Shown: positions 1-9,697, counted from the first letter of the stretch. The stretch is DNA of 48,828 bases from Myxococcales bacterium (GCA_014238595.1 JABAAV010000003.1:1-48828), one strand, 5' to 3'. The notes: a model not told the origin generated them from the sequence alone. Made by a program: numbers and translations.

Positions 1-1043
1 GCTTGTTTTTTGATAGAGGCCATCATTTTAATTCGGGTAAGGGCACCTTCAATTTCTCGGACACTTCCTGTTATTTTCTCTGAAAGATAGACAATGGCAT
101 CTTCTGTTAACGCTAATGTGTGTTCCTGTGCTTTGCTTTTCAAAATAGCCTTTCGTAATTCAAATTCTGGTGGGGCTATATCTGCGATTAAACCCCAAGA
201 AAAGCGTGTTTGGAGCCGTTTAGTGAGATTTAAGATCTCATGAGGTTTCTTATCTGATGTCAGGACAATTTGTTTTCCTGTGGAATGAAGCTCATTGAAG
301 ACATGGAAAAATTCATCTTGGGTTTGATTTTTTCCTGCAAAAAATTGGATATCATCGAGTAACAAAACATCGCAATTTTTTCGGATACGATTTCTAAACT
401 GCTGCATTGTTTTATTTCGAATTGCATTAATGTAATCAGTAACAAATTGTTCACATGTCATATAGATAACATTCAGATCTGAACAAGATTGAATTTGATG
501 TCCAATGGCATGAAGCAAATGTGTTTTACCTAAACCAACATCACCACAAATAAACAATGGATTGTATTTAGGTTTTTCAGGAATAGCCGCTGCTTTTGAA
601 GCGGCATGAGCAAGTTGATTGGATTGTCCTACAATAAAACGTTCAAAGGTATAATTTTTGTTGAGATCTTTTTTGTTATGATTCAATCCTGTAGCGTTTT
701 TTGTCAATGAATGCGATTGAGAGACAGATTTGATGGCTTGTGACTCATTAGAGATCTCCGAGAGAGTTTCCGAAGACTGAGCCTCTATTTTTTTCTCTTT
801 GAAGATCACCGTATACAGATCTCCTGTTTCTTCTTTGATGAGATCTAATACGTTTTTAAGAAAATTAGATTCAAACCAAAAACGAATATAATCATCAGGT
901 GTTTGTAAATAAATGACATGCTTAACATGATCGATTTCCAGACATTCAATCGGATTAATCCACATGTTGTAATTTTGTGAAGAAATCCGTTTATTTATTT
1001 GTTTAAGTGCTTGGTTCCAAATTGAAATGTGATCGGATTTCAT
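1..1043 (-). CDS. dnaA: Chromosomal replication initiator DnaA. About 347 N-terminal codons are present; the 3' end runs off the left window edge.
   Basis: Absent from the ORF track because it is open to the window edge. Manual minus-strand translation from the ATG at 1043 gives MKSDHISIWNQALKQINKRISSQNYNMWINPIE...NYTFERFIVGQSNQLAHAASKAAA...PLFICGDVGLGKTHLLHAIGHQI...VLLLDDIQFFAGKNQTQDEFFHVFNELH..GKQIVLTSDKKP...REIEGALTRI. AAA+ Walker A/B and DnaA hallmarks are present. It is divergent from rpmH, the classical arrangement. Confidence 0.95.
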   Translation of the reverse strand, partial: MKSDHISIWNQALKQINKRISSQNYNMWINPIECLEIDHVKHVIYLQTPDDYIRFWFESNFLKNVLDLIKEETGDLYTVIFKEKKIEAQSSETLSEISNESQAIKSVSQSHSLTKNATGLNHNKKDLNKNYTFERFIVGQSNQLAHAASKAAAIPEKPKYNPLFICGDVGLGKTHLLHAIGHQIQSCSDLNVIYMTCEQFVTDYINAIRNKTMQQFRNRIRKNCDVLLLDDIQFFAGKNQTQDEFFHVFNELHSTGKQIVLTSDKKPHEILNLTKRLQTRFSWGLIADIAPPEFELRKAILKSKAQEHTLALTEDAIVYLSEKITGSVREIEGALTRIKMMASIKKQ

Positions 1044-1441
1044 GGGAACAAACCAATAACAAAAACTGTTTGTTGATAACAGGTTGATAACAGATCGTTA
1101 TTTGTTTTTGATCGGTAAAGTCTTGTAATGTATCGGAAAAAAAAACATATTTTTTATGTGATTTTAAAAAAAATTCTAAAGAAAAAGTTCTAAAAACAAG
1201 CACATGAAAACAAGAGTTTTTTATCGTCTTGATTTTGTTATCGAAAAGACAAATCAATGAAGCTGTCATTTGTATATCTATGTCTTGTATAAGTTAGCTC
1301 AGTGTTCGGTGTGCAAATCCTTACAGAATAAGGATTTGCACAAAAACATTGATAGCAATATTAAAAAAAAGATATCTTGACATCTCAGGAGTGATCAAGT
1401 ATCCACCAGCTCTATTGATCGTGATCATGTTGTAAAACGCC
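1044..1441. promoter_or_regulatory. dnaA-rpmH divergent intergenic region with DnaA-box-like 9-mers and an AT-rich tract. Candidate dnaA autoregulatory region and/or oriC.
   Basis: TGTTGATAA at 1071-1079 matches 8/9 of TGTGGATAA. GGTTGATAA at 1082-1090 matches 7/9. TTATCGAAA at 1237-1245 matches 7/9 of TTATCCACA, and GTATCCACC at 1399-1407 matches 7/9. A very AT-rich stretch lies at about 1131-1200 (aaaaaaaaacatattttttatgtgattttaaaaaaaattctaaag). Gene orientation diverges here. Confidence 0.4.
1311..1341. repeat. Perfect 13-bp inverted repeat with a 5-nt spacer (GTGCAAATCCTTA-CAGAA-TAAGGATTTGCAC)
   Basis: Read directly: arms at 1311-1323 and 1329-1341 are exact reverse complements. There is no flanking U-tract on either strand, so it does not look like an intrinsic terminator. 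Confidence 0.9.
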
Positions 1442-1591
1442 ATGAAAAGAACATATCAACCACATAATAAAAGCCGAAAACGAACCCATGGGTTCCGAAG
1501 TCGTATGAAAACGCATGCAGGTCGACTCGTCATTAAAAACCGTCGGGCAAAAGGGCGAAAACGGATTTCAGTTACAGTTTCTGGAAAGTAG
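1442..1591 (+). CDS. rpmH: 50S ribosomal protein L34
   Basis: Too short for the ORF track. Manual translation gives [49 protein letters not shown] (49 aa), the canonical L34 sequence, immediately upstream of rnpA. Confidence 0.95.
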   Translation: MKRTYQPHNKSRKRTHGFRSRMKTHAGRLVIKNRRAKGRKRISVTVSGK

Positions 1592-1600
1592 TTTTTCTCA

Positions 1601-1939
1601 ATGTTTTCTAAGCGCGATCGTTTGCGTCGTCGGCAGGATTTTGTTGCATTAAGTCAATCGAGTCGTTCTGTTCATTTGTCCCATTTCATTGTATTGATGG
1701 GTAAAATCAGTGACAAACCAGGGCGTTTCGGTGTTACCGTAAGCAAACGTGTTGGCAATTCAGTGGTTCGTAATCGTGTCAAACGCTTCATTCGAGAATA
1801 CATACGTCTGTATTTATTACCGCAAAATATTTGTCGTGACGTTATCATCATTGCAAAGCCTAATGCGCGCTCTTTGAACGGCTTTTCGGAAACATTAGAT
1901 GTGTTCATGTCAAAAATGATTGTTTGGAATCAATCTTAG
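1601..1939 (+). CDS. rnpA: Ribonuclease P protein component
   Basis: 112-aa basic protein (RLRRRQDF..., FGVTVSKRVGNSVVRNRVKRFIRE) at the conserved rpmH-rnpA position. Confidence 0.9.
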   Translation: MFSKRDRLRRRQDFVALSQSSRSVHLSHFIVLMGKISDKPGRFGVTVSKRVGNSVVRNRVKRFIREYIRLYLLPQNICRDVIIIAKPNARSLNGFSETLDVFMSKMIVWNQS

Positions 1940-2194
1940 ATGTTGTACATGAAGAACCTGTTGATTGGTGTGATTCGTATGTATCAACGATACCTATCAC
2001 CACTTAAGCGCAAACCTACATGTAAATATGTTCCCTCTTGTTCCCAATATGCCGTTGATGCCATTGCTCATTACGGTGTGTTTATGGGATTGTTTAAATC
2101 ATGTTGGCGTTTATTGCGATGTCAACCGTTTGGTTCCGGTGGCTATGATCCTGCCGTCTCACCGCCTTCATTAGTCAAAAAAGACACGCGATAA
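1940..2194 (+). CDS. yidD: Membrane protein insertion efficiency factor YidD
   Basis: [32 protein letters not shown]...[12 protein letters not shown] is the YidD signature. The gene sits between rnpA and yidC. Confidence 0.9.
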   Translation: MLYMKNLLIGVIRMYQRYLSPLKRKPTCKYVPSCSQYAVDAIAHYGVFMGLFKSCWRLLRCQPFGSGGYDPAVSPPSLVKKDTR

Positions 2195-2198
2195 ATCG

Positions 2199-3848
2199 AT
2201 GGAAAACCAAGGAAAAAGACTCATTCTTGCGATGGGGTTATCGTTTGTTTTGATGGCTGTTTGGCAATGGTTGTTTCCTCCACCGATGCCTCCATTACCA
2301 ACAGAAACACAGCAAGAAACAGTGGTTCCTTCGCAGGCCGTTGCAAAGCCAACAACTGGAGCCGCGCTTCATGATGAACCCACTAAAGTACGTCCCAAAG
2401 AAGAAACAGTAGCCTTTGCGTTTGATGATATTCATGTAGAAATGTCTACTTATGGTGCGACATTGGTCTCTTGGGAACTTCAAGAAAAAAAATCCGCCAC
2501 AGAACATCGTAATTTTGTGGCTAAAACCGCCAAAGAAACCCAAAGACCACTGCTTTTATCTGTTCGAGAAGCCAATGATGATGATGCGCCATTGTTATCT
2601 CAAGAAAGTACATGGACCATCATTGATAAGCAGGCAAGAGCCATTACATTTGAAAACAAATCTGATCAGTTGAAAATTACAAAACAGATTACGTTCATTC
2701 CAGAATCTTTTTTAGCAAAAGTTAACGTCAATGTTGCGTTGTCACCGCAGGTTACAGGTAAGAAGGCTGTTACCTTGGGCATGAGTCTGTTTGAAAAGAT
2801 CGATCCAACCATTGCCGATGATGCGAGCTTATTTGCACCACCACCACTGGCCTGGCGGGCTATTTGTTCCCTTGACGGTGAATTACAAGAATCAGAAGAA
2901 ACAACACAAACTCATGTTGGCGCTGTAAAATGGGCTGGGTTCAATCACAATTATTTTCTATCAGCCATCATTCCGGAGCGACTACCACGGCTTGAGTGTG
3001 ATGCTAAACCCGTCATGGAATACAGCCGACCTGCAGAAAACGGCATGACTGAAATGCGGTTGTCCTACCCTACAATCATTCTTAAACCAGGTGATCCGTC
3101 ATATGAACGTGCGTTTTATGTGTTTTTAGGGCCTAAATATATTGAAACACTGGAATCTATCGCAACTGTCATTGATCAAACTGGAAAAACCAATCCACAA
3201 TTAGAAGAATCGGTTGAGTTAGGTTGGTTTGCTTTTATTGCACGGCCTCTACTCTGGCTGCTTATTCAGTTTGAATTAGTCGTAGGCAATTGGGGTGTGG
3301 CCATTATCATGCTGACGATTGTTGTGATGCTGTTGACCTTGCCATGGCAAAACAAAGCAATGCGTTCCATGCGTGCTATGTCTAAATTGCGTCCTAAAAT
3401 TGAAGAAATTCAGAAAAAATACACAGATGATAAGCAACGACAACAGACTGAAATTATGGGTCTATATAAAAATCATGGGATTAATCCATTGGCGGGATGT
3501 TTGCCTATGTTTTTGCAAATGCCTATTTGGTTTGCGTTGTATCGTGCGTTGAGTGTTGCTGCCGAGCTTCATCACTCGCCATTTATTCCAGGATGGCTCG
3601 ATGACATGACAGCAACAGATCCCTACTATGTTTTGCCTGTTTTATTGACGATGGTTATGTTTTTACAGGCAAAAATGATGCCTACTACGGTAGAATCTGC
3701 TCAACAAAAGATTATGATCTATGGTATGCCACTAATGTTTGGCGCATTTTCCTTTGTATTTCCAAGTGGTCTAACGCTTTATATTTTTACCAACACGTTA
3801 CTGCGTGGGATTCATCAGTGGTGGCGTAATAATCACGAAGATGCTTAA
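2199..3848 (+). CDS. yidC: Membrane protein insertase YidC
   Basis: 549 aa with an N-terminal TM segment, a large periplasmic domain and the conserved C-terminal core ([31 protein letters not shown]). Synteny agrees. Confidence 0.95.
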   Translation: MENQGKRLILAMGLSFVLMAVWQWLFPPPMPPLPTETQQETVVPSQAVAKPTTGAALHDEPTKVRPKEETVAFAFDDIHVEMSTYGATLVSWELQEKKSATEHRNFVAKTAKETQRPLLLSVREANDDDAPLLSQESTWTIIDKQARAITFENKSDQLKITKQITFIPESFLAKVNVNVALSPQVTGKKAVTLGMSLFEKIDPTIADDASLFAPPPLAWRAICSLDGELQESEETTQTHVGAVKWAGFNHNYFLSAIIPERLPRLECDAKPVMEYSRPAENGMTEMRLSYPTIILKPGDPSYERAFYVFLGPKYIETLESIATVIDQTGKTNPQLEESVELGWFAFIARPLLWLLIQFELVVGNWGVAIIMLTIVVMLLTLPWQNKAMRSMRAMSKLRPKIEEIQKKYTDDKQRQQTEIMGLYKNHGINPLAGCLPMFLQMPIWFALYRALSVAAELHHSPFIPGWLDDMTATDPYYVLPVLLTMVMFLQAKMMPTTVESAQQKIMIYGMPLMFGAFSFVFPSGLTLYIFTNTLLRGIHQWWRNNHEDA

Positions 3849-3881
3849 CTAACCAACAATCAACATTAACCTAGGAAAACT

Positions 3882-4439
3882 ATGATGAGTGATACAATTC
3901 AAAAACCAGATTCAGCAAAAGATTTACTTGCTGCTATTTTAGAACGGATGGGCATTGAGGCCACTATTAATGAATCACAAGACGATGAAAGCATTATGCT
4001 TCAAATCGACTGCAGTGAACCTGAGCGGATTACAGGTTCTTATGGACAAGTGCTTGATGCATTACAACATCTTATTGGTAAGATTTGGTTTCGTCATCAA
4101 CGCGAACAAGCAGGTACGGACGATCAGAATGAATGGGAAGGACCACGCTGGATACGTATTGATGCGAATGGATACCGAGAAAAGAAACGAGAAGCTCTTG
4201 AAACATTGGCAGGCGATATGGCAGAAAAAGCCTCTTCAGAAAATGATACGGTAGCTCTTGAGCCTATGAAATCATATGAACGTCGTATTATTCACAGCAT
4301 ACTTGCCGAAGATTCTCGTGTAGAAACAAAAAGTCATGGACGAGGCGCGAAGCGACATGTTTTAATCATGCCAGTGTCGGAAAGCAGCAGTGCTGTTCAT
4401 TCAGAAAACAACGGTGAAGACATTTCCACAGAACTCTAA
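3882..4439 (+). CDS. jag: Jag/KhpB-type RNA-binding protein (KH plus R3H domains)
   Basis: 185 aa. The C-terminal YERRIIHSILAED..VETKSHG region is R3H-like. Conserved position between yidC and mnmE. Confidence 0.8.
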   Translation: MMSDTIQKPDSAKDLLAAILERMGIEATINESQDDESIMLQIDCSEPERITGSYGQVLDALQHLIGKIWFRHQREQAGTDDQNEWEGPRWIRIDANGYREKKREALETLAGDMAEKASSENDTVALEPMKSYERRIIHSILAEDSRVETKSHGRGAKRHVLIMPVSESSSAVHSENNGEDISTEL

Positions 4440-5799
4440 TAGACCAACGATTGCAGCTATTGCTACTGCGGCAGGACAAGGTGCCGTAGGTATTGTCCGC
4501 ATCAGTGGATCATTAGCGATCTCAATTCTTGCGCGGATCACACATCGATCGGAGCAATTGTTTCAAGATCGTGTCATGACATGTTGTAAGATTGTTGATG
4601 CACAAAACGTACTTGTTGATGAAGCACTTGTTGTGGTGATGCGCGCTCCACGTTCATACACGGGTGAAGATGTTATAGAAATTCATGGGCATGGTGGTCA
4701 TTACAATACAGGTCGATTACTTAGAGTGGTGATTGAGCAAGGTGCAACATTGGCAGAAGCCGGTGAATTTACCATGCGTGCTTTTTTAGCGGGCAAACTT
4801 AACCTTGTTGAAGTTGAAGCTATTGCTGACATTATTAATGCTAGTAGTGAACGTGCTTTGCGATTGGCACAAACACAACAAGGCGGTGCGCTTGTTGCCG
4901 CTTTTTTAGCGATACAAAAAGAAGTGATATCGATGCTTGCTACGATTGAAGCCAACATTGATTTTCCTGAAGAAGGCTTGGAAGAAATGCCAAGACAAAC
5001 ATTGTCTGATGGATTAATGGCTGTTGCACATCAAGCGACATGTTTGGCTGAAACGTTTTCATTAGGTAAGCTTTTAACATCAGGGGTTTCTGTTGCATTG
5101 GTTGGTGCGGTCAATGCAGGGAAATCAAGTTTATTTAATGCGTTGATCGGTGAGCAGCGGTGTTTAGTGACTCATGATCCAGGTACAACCAGAGATTTTA
5201 TTGAAGCAACAGTGGTCTGGGATGGAATTAATATTACATTGATTGATACGGCAGGAACCAGAGATAAAGATCTCTCTGAGAGTCTTGATGATGCAGAGCG
5301 TCAAGGGATTGTCCGCAGTACACAGCGTGCATCAAAGGCAGATTTGCGGTTAGTTGTTCGGGTCGATGGTCAAGAATTTGAGCCATCGTCAATGGATCGC
5401 TCTGATGAACTATGGGTGCAGAGTAAATGTGATCATGACAAAGAAATGATCAATGATCATCACACTCAAGGTGAGAAGCAAAACAGCTTGGTTCGAACCT
5501 CTGTCAAAACAGGTGTGGGTTTGGATGAATTACGACAGGCTATATTGACCCACATTCAAAGCAGAGTCTCTGAAGGTGATGATGGATTTGTGATTACTCA
5601 AGAGCGTCAACGTGATGGATTGGAAAAAACAGCCGCACTGCTTCGTTGTGCTGCCGAAGGTGTTGAGACATCTCAACCATGGGAAATTGTTGCGATTGAC
5701 ATGAAGGATGCAGCAGAAACATTGGCCGCTTTATTAGGTGAGCGATTGGATGATGCTGTGTTGGATGCGGTGTTTGCACAGTTTTGTATTGGTAAATAA
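4390..5799 (+). CDS. mnmE: tRNA modification GTPase MnmE (TrmE)
   Basis: TIAAIATAAGQGAVGIVRISG N-terminus, G-domain GAVNAGKSSLFNAL / DTAG, and the C-terminal FCIGK motif. The 4390 start overlaps jag by 50 nt, so an in-frame GTG at 4414 or a nearby codon may be the true start. Confidence 0.9.
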   Translation: MLFIQKTTVKTFPQNSNRPTIAAIATAAGQGAVGIVRISGSLAISILARITHRSEQLFQDRVMTCCKIVDAQNVLVDEALVVVMRAPRSYTGEDVIEIHGHGGHYNTGRLLRVVIEQGATLAEAGEFTMRAFLAGKLNLVEVEAIADIINASSERALRLAQTQQGGALVAAFLAIQKEVISMLATIEANIDFPEEGLEEMPRQTLSDGLMAVAHQATCLAETFSLGKLLTSGVSVALVGAVNAGKSSLFNALIGEQRCLVTHDPGTTRDFIEATVVWDGINITLIDTAGTRDKDLSESLDDAERQGIVRSTQRASKADLRLVVRVDGQEFEPSSMDRSDELWVQSKCDHDKEMINDHHTQGEKQNSLVRTSVKTGVGLDELRQAILTHIQSRVSEGDDGFVITQERQRDGLEKTAALLRCAAEGVETSQPWEIVAIDMKDAAETLAALLGERLDDAVLDAVFAQFCIGK

Positions 5800-5824
5800 A
5801 TCTTCGCAAGGGTGATCATTAAAC

Positions 5825-6997
5825 ATGGACAGAGATCTTTGGCAGGATGAATTAACATCGTTCGATGACATAGGACGTTTGCGAACACTTAGAATGCTTG
5901 GTGCAGCGCAAGGGACAACGGTTACGATTGATGGGCGATCATTAATTAACATGTCGTCTAATGATTATTTGGGCATGACATCTTGTGTCGATCTTCGCAA
6001 TGCCGCAAGCAAAGCGTCTCTGTTATCGGGGACGGGATCGGGATCTTCTCGATTAATTGCAGGAACACTTTTGTGTCATGAGCAACTAGAGCAAGCACTT
6101 GCAGATTATTATGGCTATGACAAAGCGTTGATTTTTAACTCAGGGTATCAGGCTAATCTCGGGATCTTATCCTCATTGTTTGGTCAAGAGGATGTCATTT
6201 ATTCTGATGCATTCAATCATGCAAGCATTATTGATGGAGCACGGTTGAGTTACGCTGATGTTAAGATCTTCCCACATAACGATATGGAGGCATTAGAAGC
6301 ACTGCTTGCCGAGACACGATCACAGTACCGCCATGGCGTTATTGTCACCGAAGCATTATTTTCTATGGATGGTGATTATGCGCAGCTTTCTAAGATAGCT
6401 GCACTTGCTAAGCAGTATGATCTGTTGTTGATGGTTGATGAGGCACATAGCACAGGGGTTATCGGTGATGGCGGTCGTGGTTTGTCTGCATTGCACTCGG
6501 TGGTTCCTGATATTTATATGGGAACGATGGGCAAAGCCTTTGGTAGTTTTGGTGCATTTGTTCTTGGTCGCGTGTCAATGATTGATCTATTGATTAATAA
6601 AGCACGCAGCTTTGTCTTTACGACAGCATTGCCCCCACCCGTGATTGAAGCAAGTGGCGCGGCATTGAAGATTATTGGGAATACCGACGGTGAACAACGG
6701 CGATCTAAACTTGTGCGATTGGTCAAACATTTTGTTTCAGGGTTGCATGAGCTTTATCCAGAGAGACATTATGACAACCATTCGTCACATATTATTCCGT
6801 TGATTTTTGGTGAGGACAAAAAAACAATGTCGGCGACCACGATGTTATTGGAGCATGGTTATTATGTTCAAGGTATTCGACCACCCACGGTTCCAGAGCA
6901 TACCAGCCGATTACGCTTTAGTTTAAATGCAGAGCATACCGAGCAAGATATTAATAACTTATTGAAGTTATTAGATAAATTAAGGAAAAACTCATGA
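5825..6997 (+). CDS. bioF: 8-amino-7-oxononanoate synthase
   Basis: 390-aa PLP alpha-oxoamine synthase (SNDYLG, HASIIDG, DEAHSTG, GTMGKAFG lysine motif), followed by bioA and bioD. Confidence 0.85.
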   Translation: MDRDLWQDELTSFDDIGRLRTLRMLGAAQGTTVTIDGRSLINMSSNDYLGMTSCVDLRNAASKASLLSGTGSGSSRLIAGTLLCHEQLEQALADYYGYDKALIFNSGYQANLGILSSLFGQEDVIYSDAFNHASIIDGARLSYADVKIFPHNDMEALEALLAETRSQYRHGVIVTEALFSMDGDYAQLSKIAALAKQYDLLLMVDEAHSTGVIGDGGRGLSALHSVVPDIYMGTMGKAFGSFGAFVLGRVSMIDLLINKARSFVFTTALPPPVIEASGAALKIIGNTDGEQRRSKLVRLVKHFVSGLHELYPERHYDNHSSHIIPLIFGEDKKTMSATTMLLEHGYYVQGIRPPTVPEHTSRLRFSLNAEHTEQDINNLLKLLDKLRKNS

Positions 6998-8391
6998 AAA
7001 TAAACGAGAAACAAACCGAAGCCGCTAAGCGTCAATCTACCGAATCGATGTGGTCGTCACTGGATAAATCATTTGTTTGGCATCCCTTCACTCAAATGGA
7101 GCAATGGAATCAATCCAATTCACTGGTTATTGAATCTGGGGAAGGAAATTATCTCTTTGATACGGAAGGGAATCGTTATTTTGATGGTATTTCATCCTTG
7201 TGGACCAATGTTCATGGACATAATCACCCTAAAATTAATCAAGCCATTATCAATCAGGCTGAACAAATAGCACATTGTACATTATTGGGTTTGGCCAGCC
7301 CACCGTCTATTGCGTTAGCACAACGATTAGTTGACATAACACCGACGGGATTATCCAAAGTGTTTTACTCAGATTCAGGGAGTTCTGCTGTAGAAATTGC
7401 AATCAAAATGGCATTTCAATATTGGAAAAACAGAGGACAGACTCAGAAAACGAAATTTGTTTCGTTAAAAAATGCTTATCATGGCGATACACTTGGTGCT
7501 GTTTCGGTTGGTGGTATTGATTTGTTCCATGAAGTGTTCTCTCCCCTATTGTTTTCGGGGTTTTCAGTGACACCACCATATTTATATCGTGATCCATTGG
7601 GTGGAACAGAACAAGAGTGTTGTAACCGAGCGGTTTTAGAACTGCATGAATTACTTGAGACCAATCATCAATCCATTGCAGCCATGATTGTTGAACCTTT
7701 GGTACAGGGTGCTGCTGGTATGTTGACTTATGCCTCGGATTATCTGCGTAAAGTGTCTGAATTGTGTAAAGAATTTGAGGTGTTGCTGATTGTTGATGAA
7801 GTGGCAACTGGTTTTGGGCGCACTGGAACCATGTTTGCCTGTGAACATGAGAAAATTCATCCTGATCTTGTTTGTCTTGCCAAAGGAATTACTGGTGGTT
7901 ACTTGCCACTAGCTGCAACGTTAGTCACTGATGAGATCTATGCCATGTTTTTGGCAGATCCTTCTGAAGATAAGCAATTTTTTCATGGTCATACCTATAC
8001 AGGAAATGCATTGGCCGCTGCCGCTGCCTTAGCATCCATTCAAATATTTGAAGATGATGATGTGATCACAAATCTTGCACCAAAAATCCAATTAATCGAC
8101 AAAGAATTGACGGAAAAAATTAAACCGTTATCTTTTGTGGGTGATATTCGTCAGTGTGGCATGATGGTTGGCATTGAATTGGTTCGTGACAAAGAAAAAG
8201 CCATCTCATTTGCCTGTGATGAACTCATTGGTGCACAAGTCTGTCACAAAGCACGTGATTATGGTGTCATTTTACGACCTTTGGGTGATGTTATTGTGTT
8301 GATGCCACCATTGTCTTCTACAAAAGATGAATTGGTGTCTTTGATCGACACGGTTGCTTCTTCCATCCTTGATATTACAGGATCGATGTAA
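6994..8391 (+). CDS. bioA: Adenosylmethionine-8-amino-7-oxononanoate aminotransferase
   Basis: 465-aa class III aminotransferase (VWHPFTQM, SDSGSSAVE, DEVATGFGRTG). Its ATGA start overlaps the bioF stop. Confidence 0.9.
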   Translation: MKINEKQTEAAKRQSTESMWSSLDKSFVWHPFTQMEQWNQSNSLVIESGEGNYLFDTEGNRYFDGISSLWTNVHGHNHPKINQAIINQAEQIAHCTLLGLASPPSIALAQRLVDITPTGLSKVFYSDSGSSAVEIAIKMAFQYWKNRGQTQKTKFVSLKNAYHGDTLGAVSVGGIDLFHEVFSPLLFSGFSVTPPYLYRDPLGGTEQECCNRAVLELHELLETNHQSIAAMIVEPLVQGAAGMLTYASDYLRKVSELCKEFEVLLIVDEVATGFGRTGTMFACEHEKIHPDLVCLAKGITGGYLPLAATLVTDEIYAMFLADPSEDKQFFHGHTYTGNALAAAAALASIQIFEDDDVITNLAPKIQLIDKELTEKIKPLSFVGDIRQCGMMVGIELVRDKEKAISFACDELIGAQVCHKARDYGVILRPLGDVIVLMPPLSSTKDELVSLIDTVASSILDITGSM

Positions 8392-8446
8392 CTATTTTTG
8401 ATATTAAAAGATTAATGAATGAGGATGAATCAAGACTGTAAGACCC

Positions 8447-9175
8447 TTGACGAATCCTCTTGTGATGCTTAATCTCAGTTTTGTGTCAAAACGTTGGTTC
8501 ATTACAGGTACAGATACAGGTGTCGGTAAAACGACCATCTGCTGTGCATTATTGTTGGCTGCTGCTAAACGAGGGTTGAGCACGGCTGTGAGTAAACCTG
8601 TGGAAACAGGTTGTTTAAAAAAACAAGATCGATTAGTTCCAGAAGATGCCTATCTCTTACAGCGGAATTCTACGATTGATCTACCGTTAGATCTTATCTC
8701 TCCGTATCAATATGAGCCAGCATGTTCACCTTATCAAGCCGCAGTGGATTCCAGTTGCTCTCTTGTGACTAAGCCGATCGTTCTTCGAAGCCTTCAAGAG
8801 ATTGAGACACACAACCCTGATTTTTTATTAATTGAAGGTGCTGGTGGTCTTTTAGCTCCGCTTAATGCACAAGATACTATTCTCGATATGATTGCATGGA
8901 CCAAAGCCCCGTTATTAATTGTAATCCCTAATCGATTAGGTACGATTAGTCATACCTTGTTGACCATCAAATACGCGCAATCTGAAAGCATTGATGTTCA
9001 GGGATTAATATTGTCAAATGCTGAAGAAACGACAGAAGGTTCAACCTTAAGAAATCAAGCACAAATAGAAATGTTTACGGATGTGCCTGTTTTGGGGCAT
9101 ATGCCTTATTTAAAGAACCCAGAAGATGGTGAATCTTCTGCCGAATCCATTTTATCGACATTGTTGATGGAATAA
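8447..9175 (+). CDS. bioD: Dethiobiotin synthetase
   Basis: FITGTDTGVGKT P-loop and EGAGG motif. The TTG at 8447 is the longest start; the ATG at 8465 is an alternative. Confidence 0.85.
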   Translation: MTNPLVMLNLSFVSKRWFITGTDTGVGKTTICCALLLAAAKRGLSTAVSKPVETGCLKKQDRLVPEDAYLLQRNSTIDLPLDLISPYQYEPACSPYQAAVDSSCSLVTKPIVLRSLQEIETHNPDFLLIEGAGGLLAPLNAQDTILDMIAWTKAPLLIVIPNRLGTISHTLLTIKYAQSESIDVQGLILSNAEETTEGSTLRNQAQIEMFTDVPVLGHMPYLKNPEDGESSAESILSTLLME

Positions 9176-9207
9176 TCAGTAAACTTCAACCTGTTTTCTT
9201 GAATCAT

Positions 9208-9223
9208 TGTTTCACGTGAAACG
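9208..9223. promoter_or_regulatory. parS: parS-like site 1 (TGTTTCACGTGAAACG)
   Basis: 15/16 match to the perfect palindrome TGTTTCACGTGAAACA. The 14-bp core is a perfect palindrome. Confidence 0.8.
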
Positions 9224-9277
9224 AGGCATGACTGTGCTTCTGGTTCTGTGAGACTGAACAGAACGATGTTTGAATCA

Positions 9278-9293
9278 TGTTTCACGTGAAACG
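9278..9293. promoter_or_regulatory. parS: parS-like site 2 (TGTTTCACGTGAAACG)
   Basis: Same 16-mer, 70 bp after site 1. Confidence 0.8.
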
Positions 9294-9347
9294 GAGCATG
9301 GTTGTGCTTCTGGTTCTGTGAGATACAGCAGGACGATGTTTGAGTCG

Positions 9348-9363
9348 TGTTTCACGTGAAACG
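9348..9363. promoter_or_regulatory. parS: parS-like site 3 (TGTTTCACGTGAAACG)
   Basis: Same 16-mer, 70 bp after site 2. Confidence 0.8.
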
Positions 9364-9417
9364 GAGCATGGTTGTGCTTCTGGTTCTGTGAAATACAGCA
9401 GGACTATGTTTGAGTCG

Positions 9418-9433
9418 TGTTTCACGTGAAACG
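9418..9433. promoter_or_regulatory. parS: parS-like site 4 (TGTTTCACGTGAAACG)
   Basis: Same 16-mer, 70 bp after site 3. Confidence 0.8.
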
Positions 9434-9487
9434 AAGCATGGGTGTTATTCTGGTTCTTCGAGACTTAACAGAACGATGTTTGAGTTA

Positions 9488-9503
9488 TGTTTCACGTGAA
9501 ACG
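9488..9503. promoter_or_regulatory. parS: parS-like site 5 (TGTTTCACGTGAAACG)
   Basis: Same 16-mer, 70 bp after site 4. Confidence 0.8.
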
Positions 9504-9557
9504 AGGCATGGGTGTAATTATACTTCTGTGAGATACAGAAGAACGATGTTTGAATCG

Positions 9558-9573
9558 TGTTTCACGTGAAACG
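9558..9573. promoter_or_regulatory. parS: parS-like site 6 (TGTTTCACGTGAAACG)
   Basis: Same 16-mer, 70 bp after site 5. Confidence 0.8.
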
Positions 9574-9627
9574 AAGTATGGGTGTAATTATACTTCTGTG
9601 AGATAGAGCAGAACGATGTTTGAATCG

Positions 9628-9643
9628 TGTTTCACGTGAAACG
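9628..9643. promoter_or_regulatory. parS: parS-like site 7 (TGTTTCACGTGAAACG)
   Basis: Same 16-mer, 70 bp after site 6. Confidence 0.8.
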
Positions 9644-9697
9644 AAGCATGATTGTGCTTCTGGTTCTGTGAGATAGAGCAGAACGATGTTTGAATCG

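Noticed and set aside
260-1269. ORF-track entries 260..454(-) and 1003..1269(-)
   Set aside because: The first is out of frame inside dnaA. The second starts in the dnaA-rpmH spacer and overlaps the dnaA N-terminus in another frame. Both are low-complexity, with no recognisable domains.
2295-2673. Numerous 60-130-aa ORFs on the opposite strand or in alternate frames of large genes, for example 2295..2543(-), 7403..7807(-), 18919..19257(-), 20669..21034(+), 22934..23191(+), 27863..28504(+), 44730..45092(+) and 46095..46418(+)
   Set aside because: All lie wholly inside strongly supported genes and show biased antisense-type composition with no motifs. They are treated as shadow ORFs.
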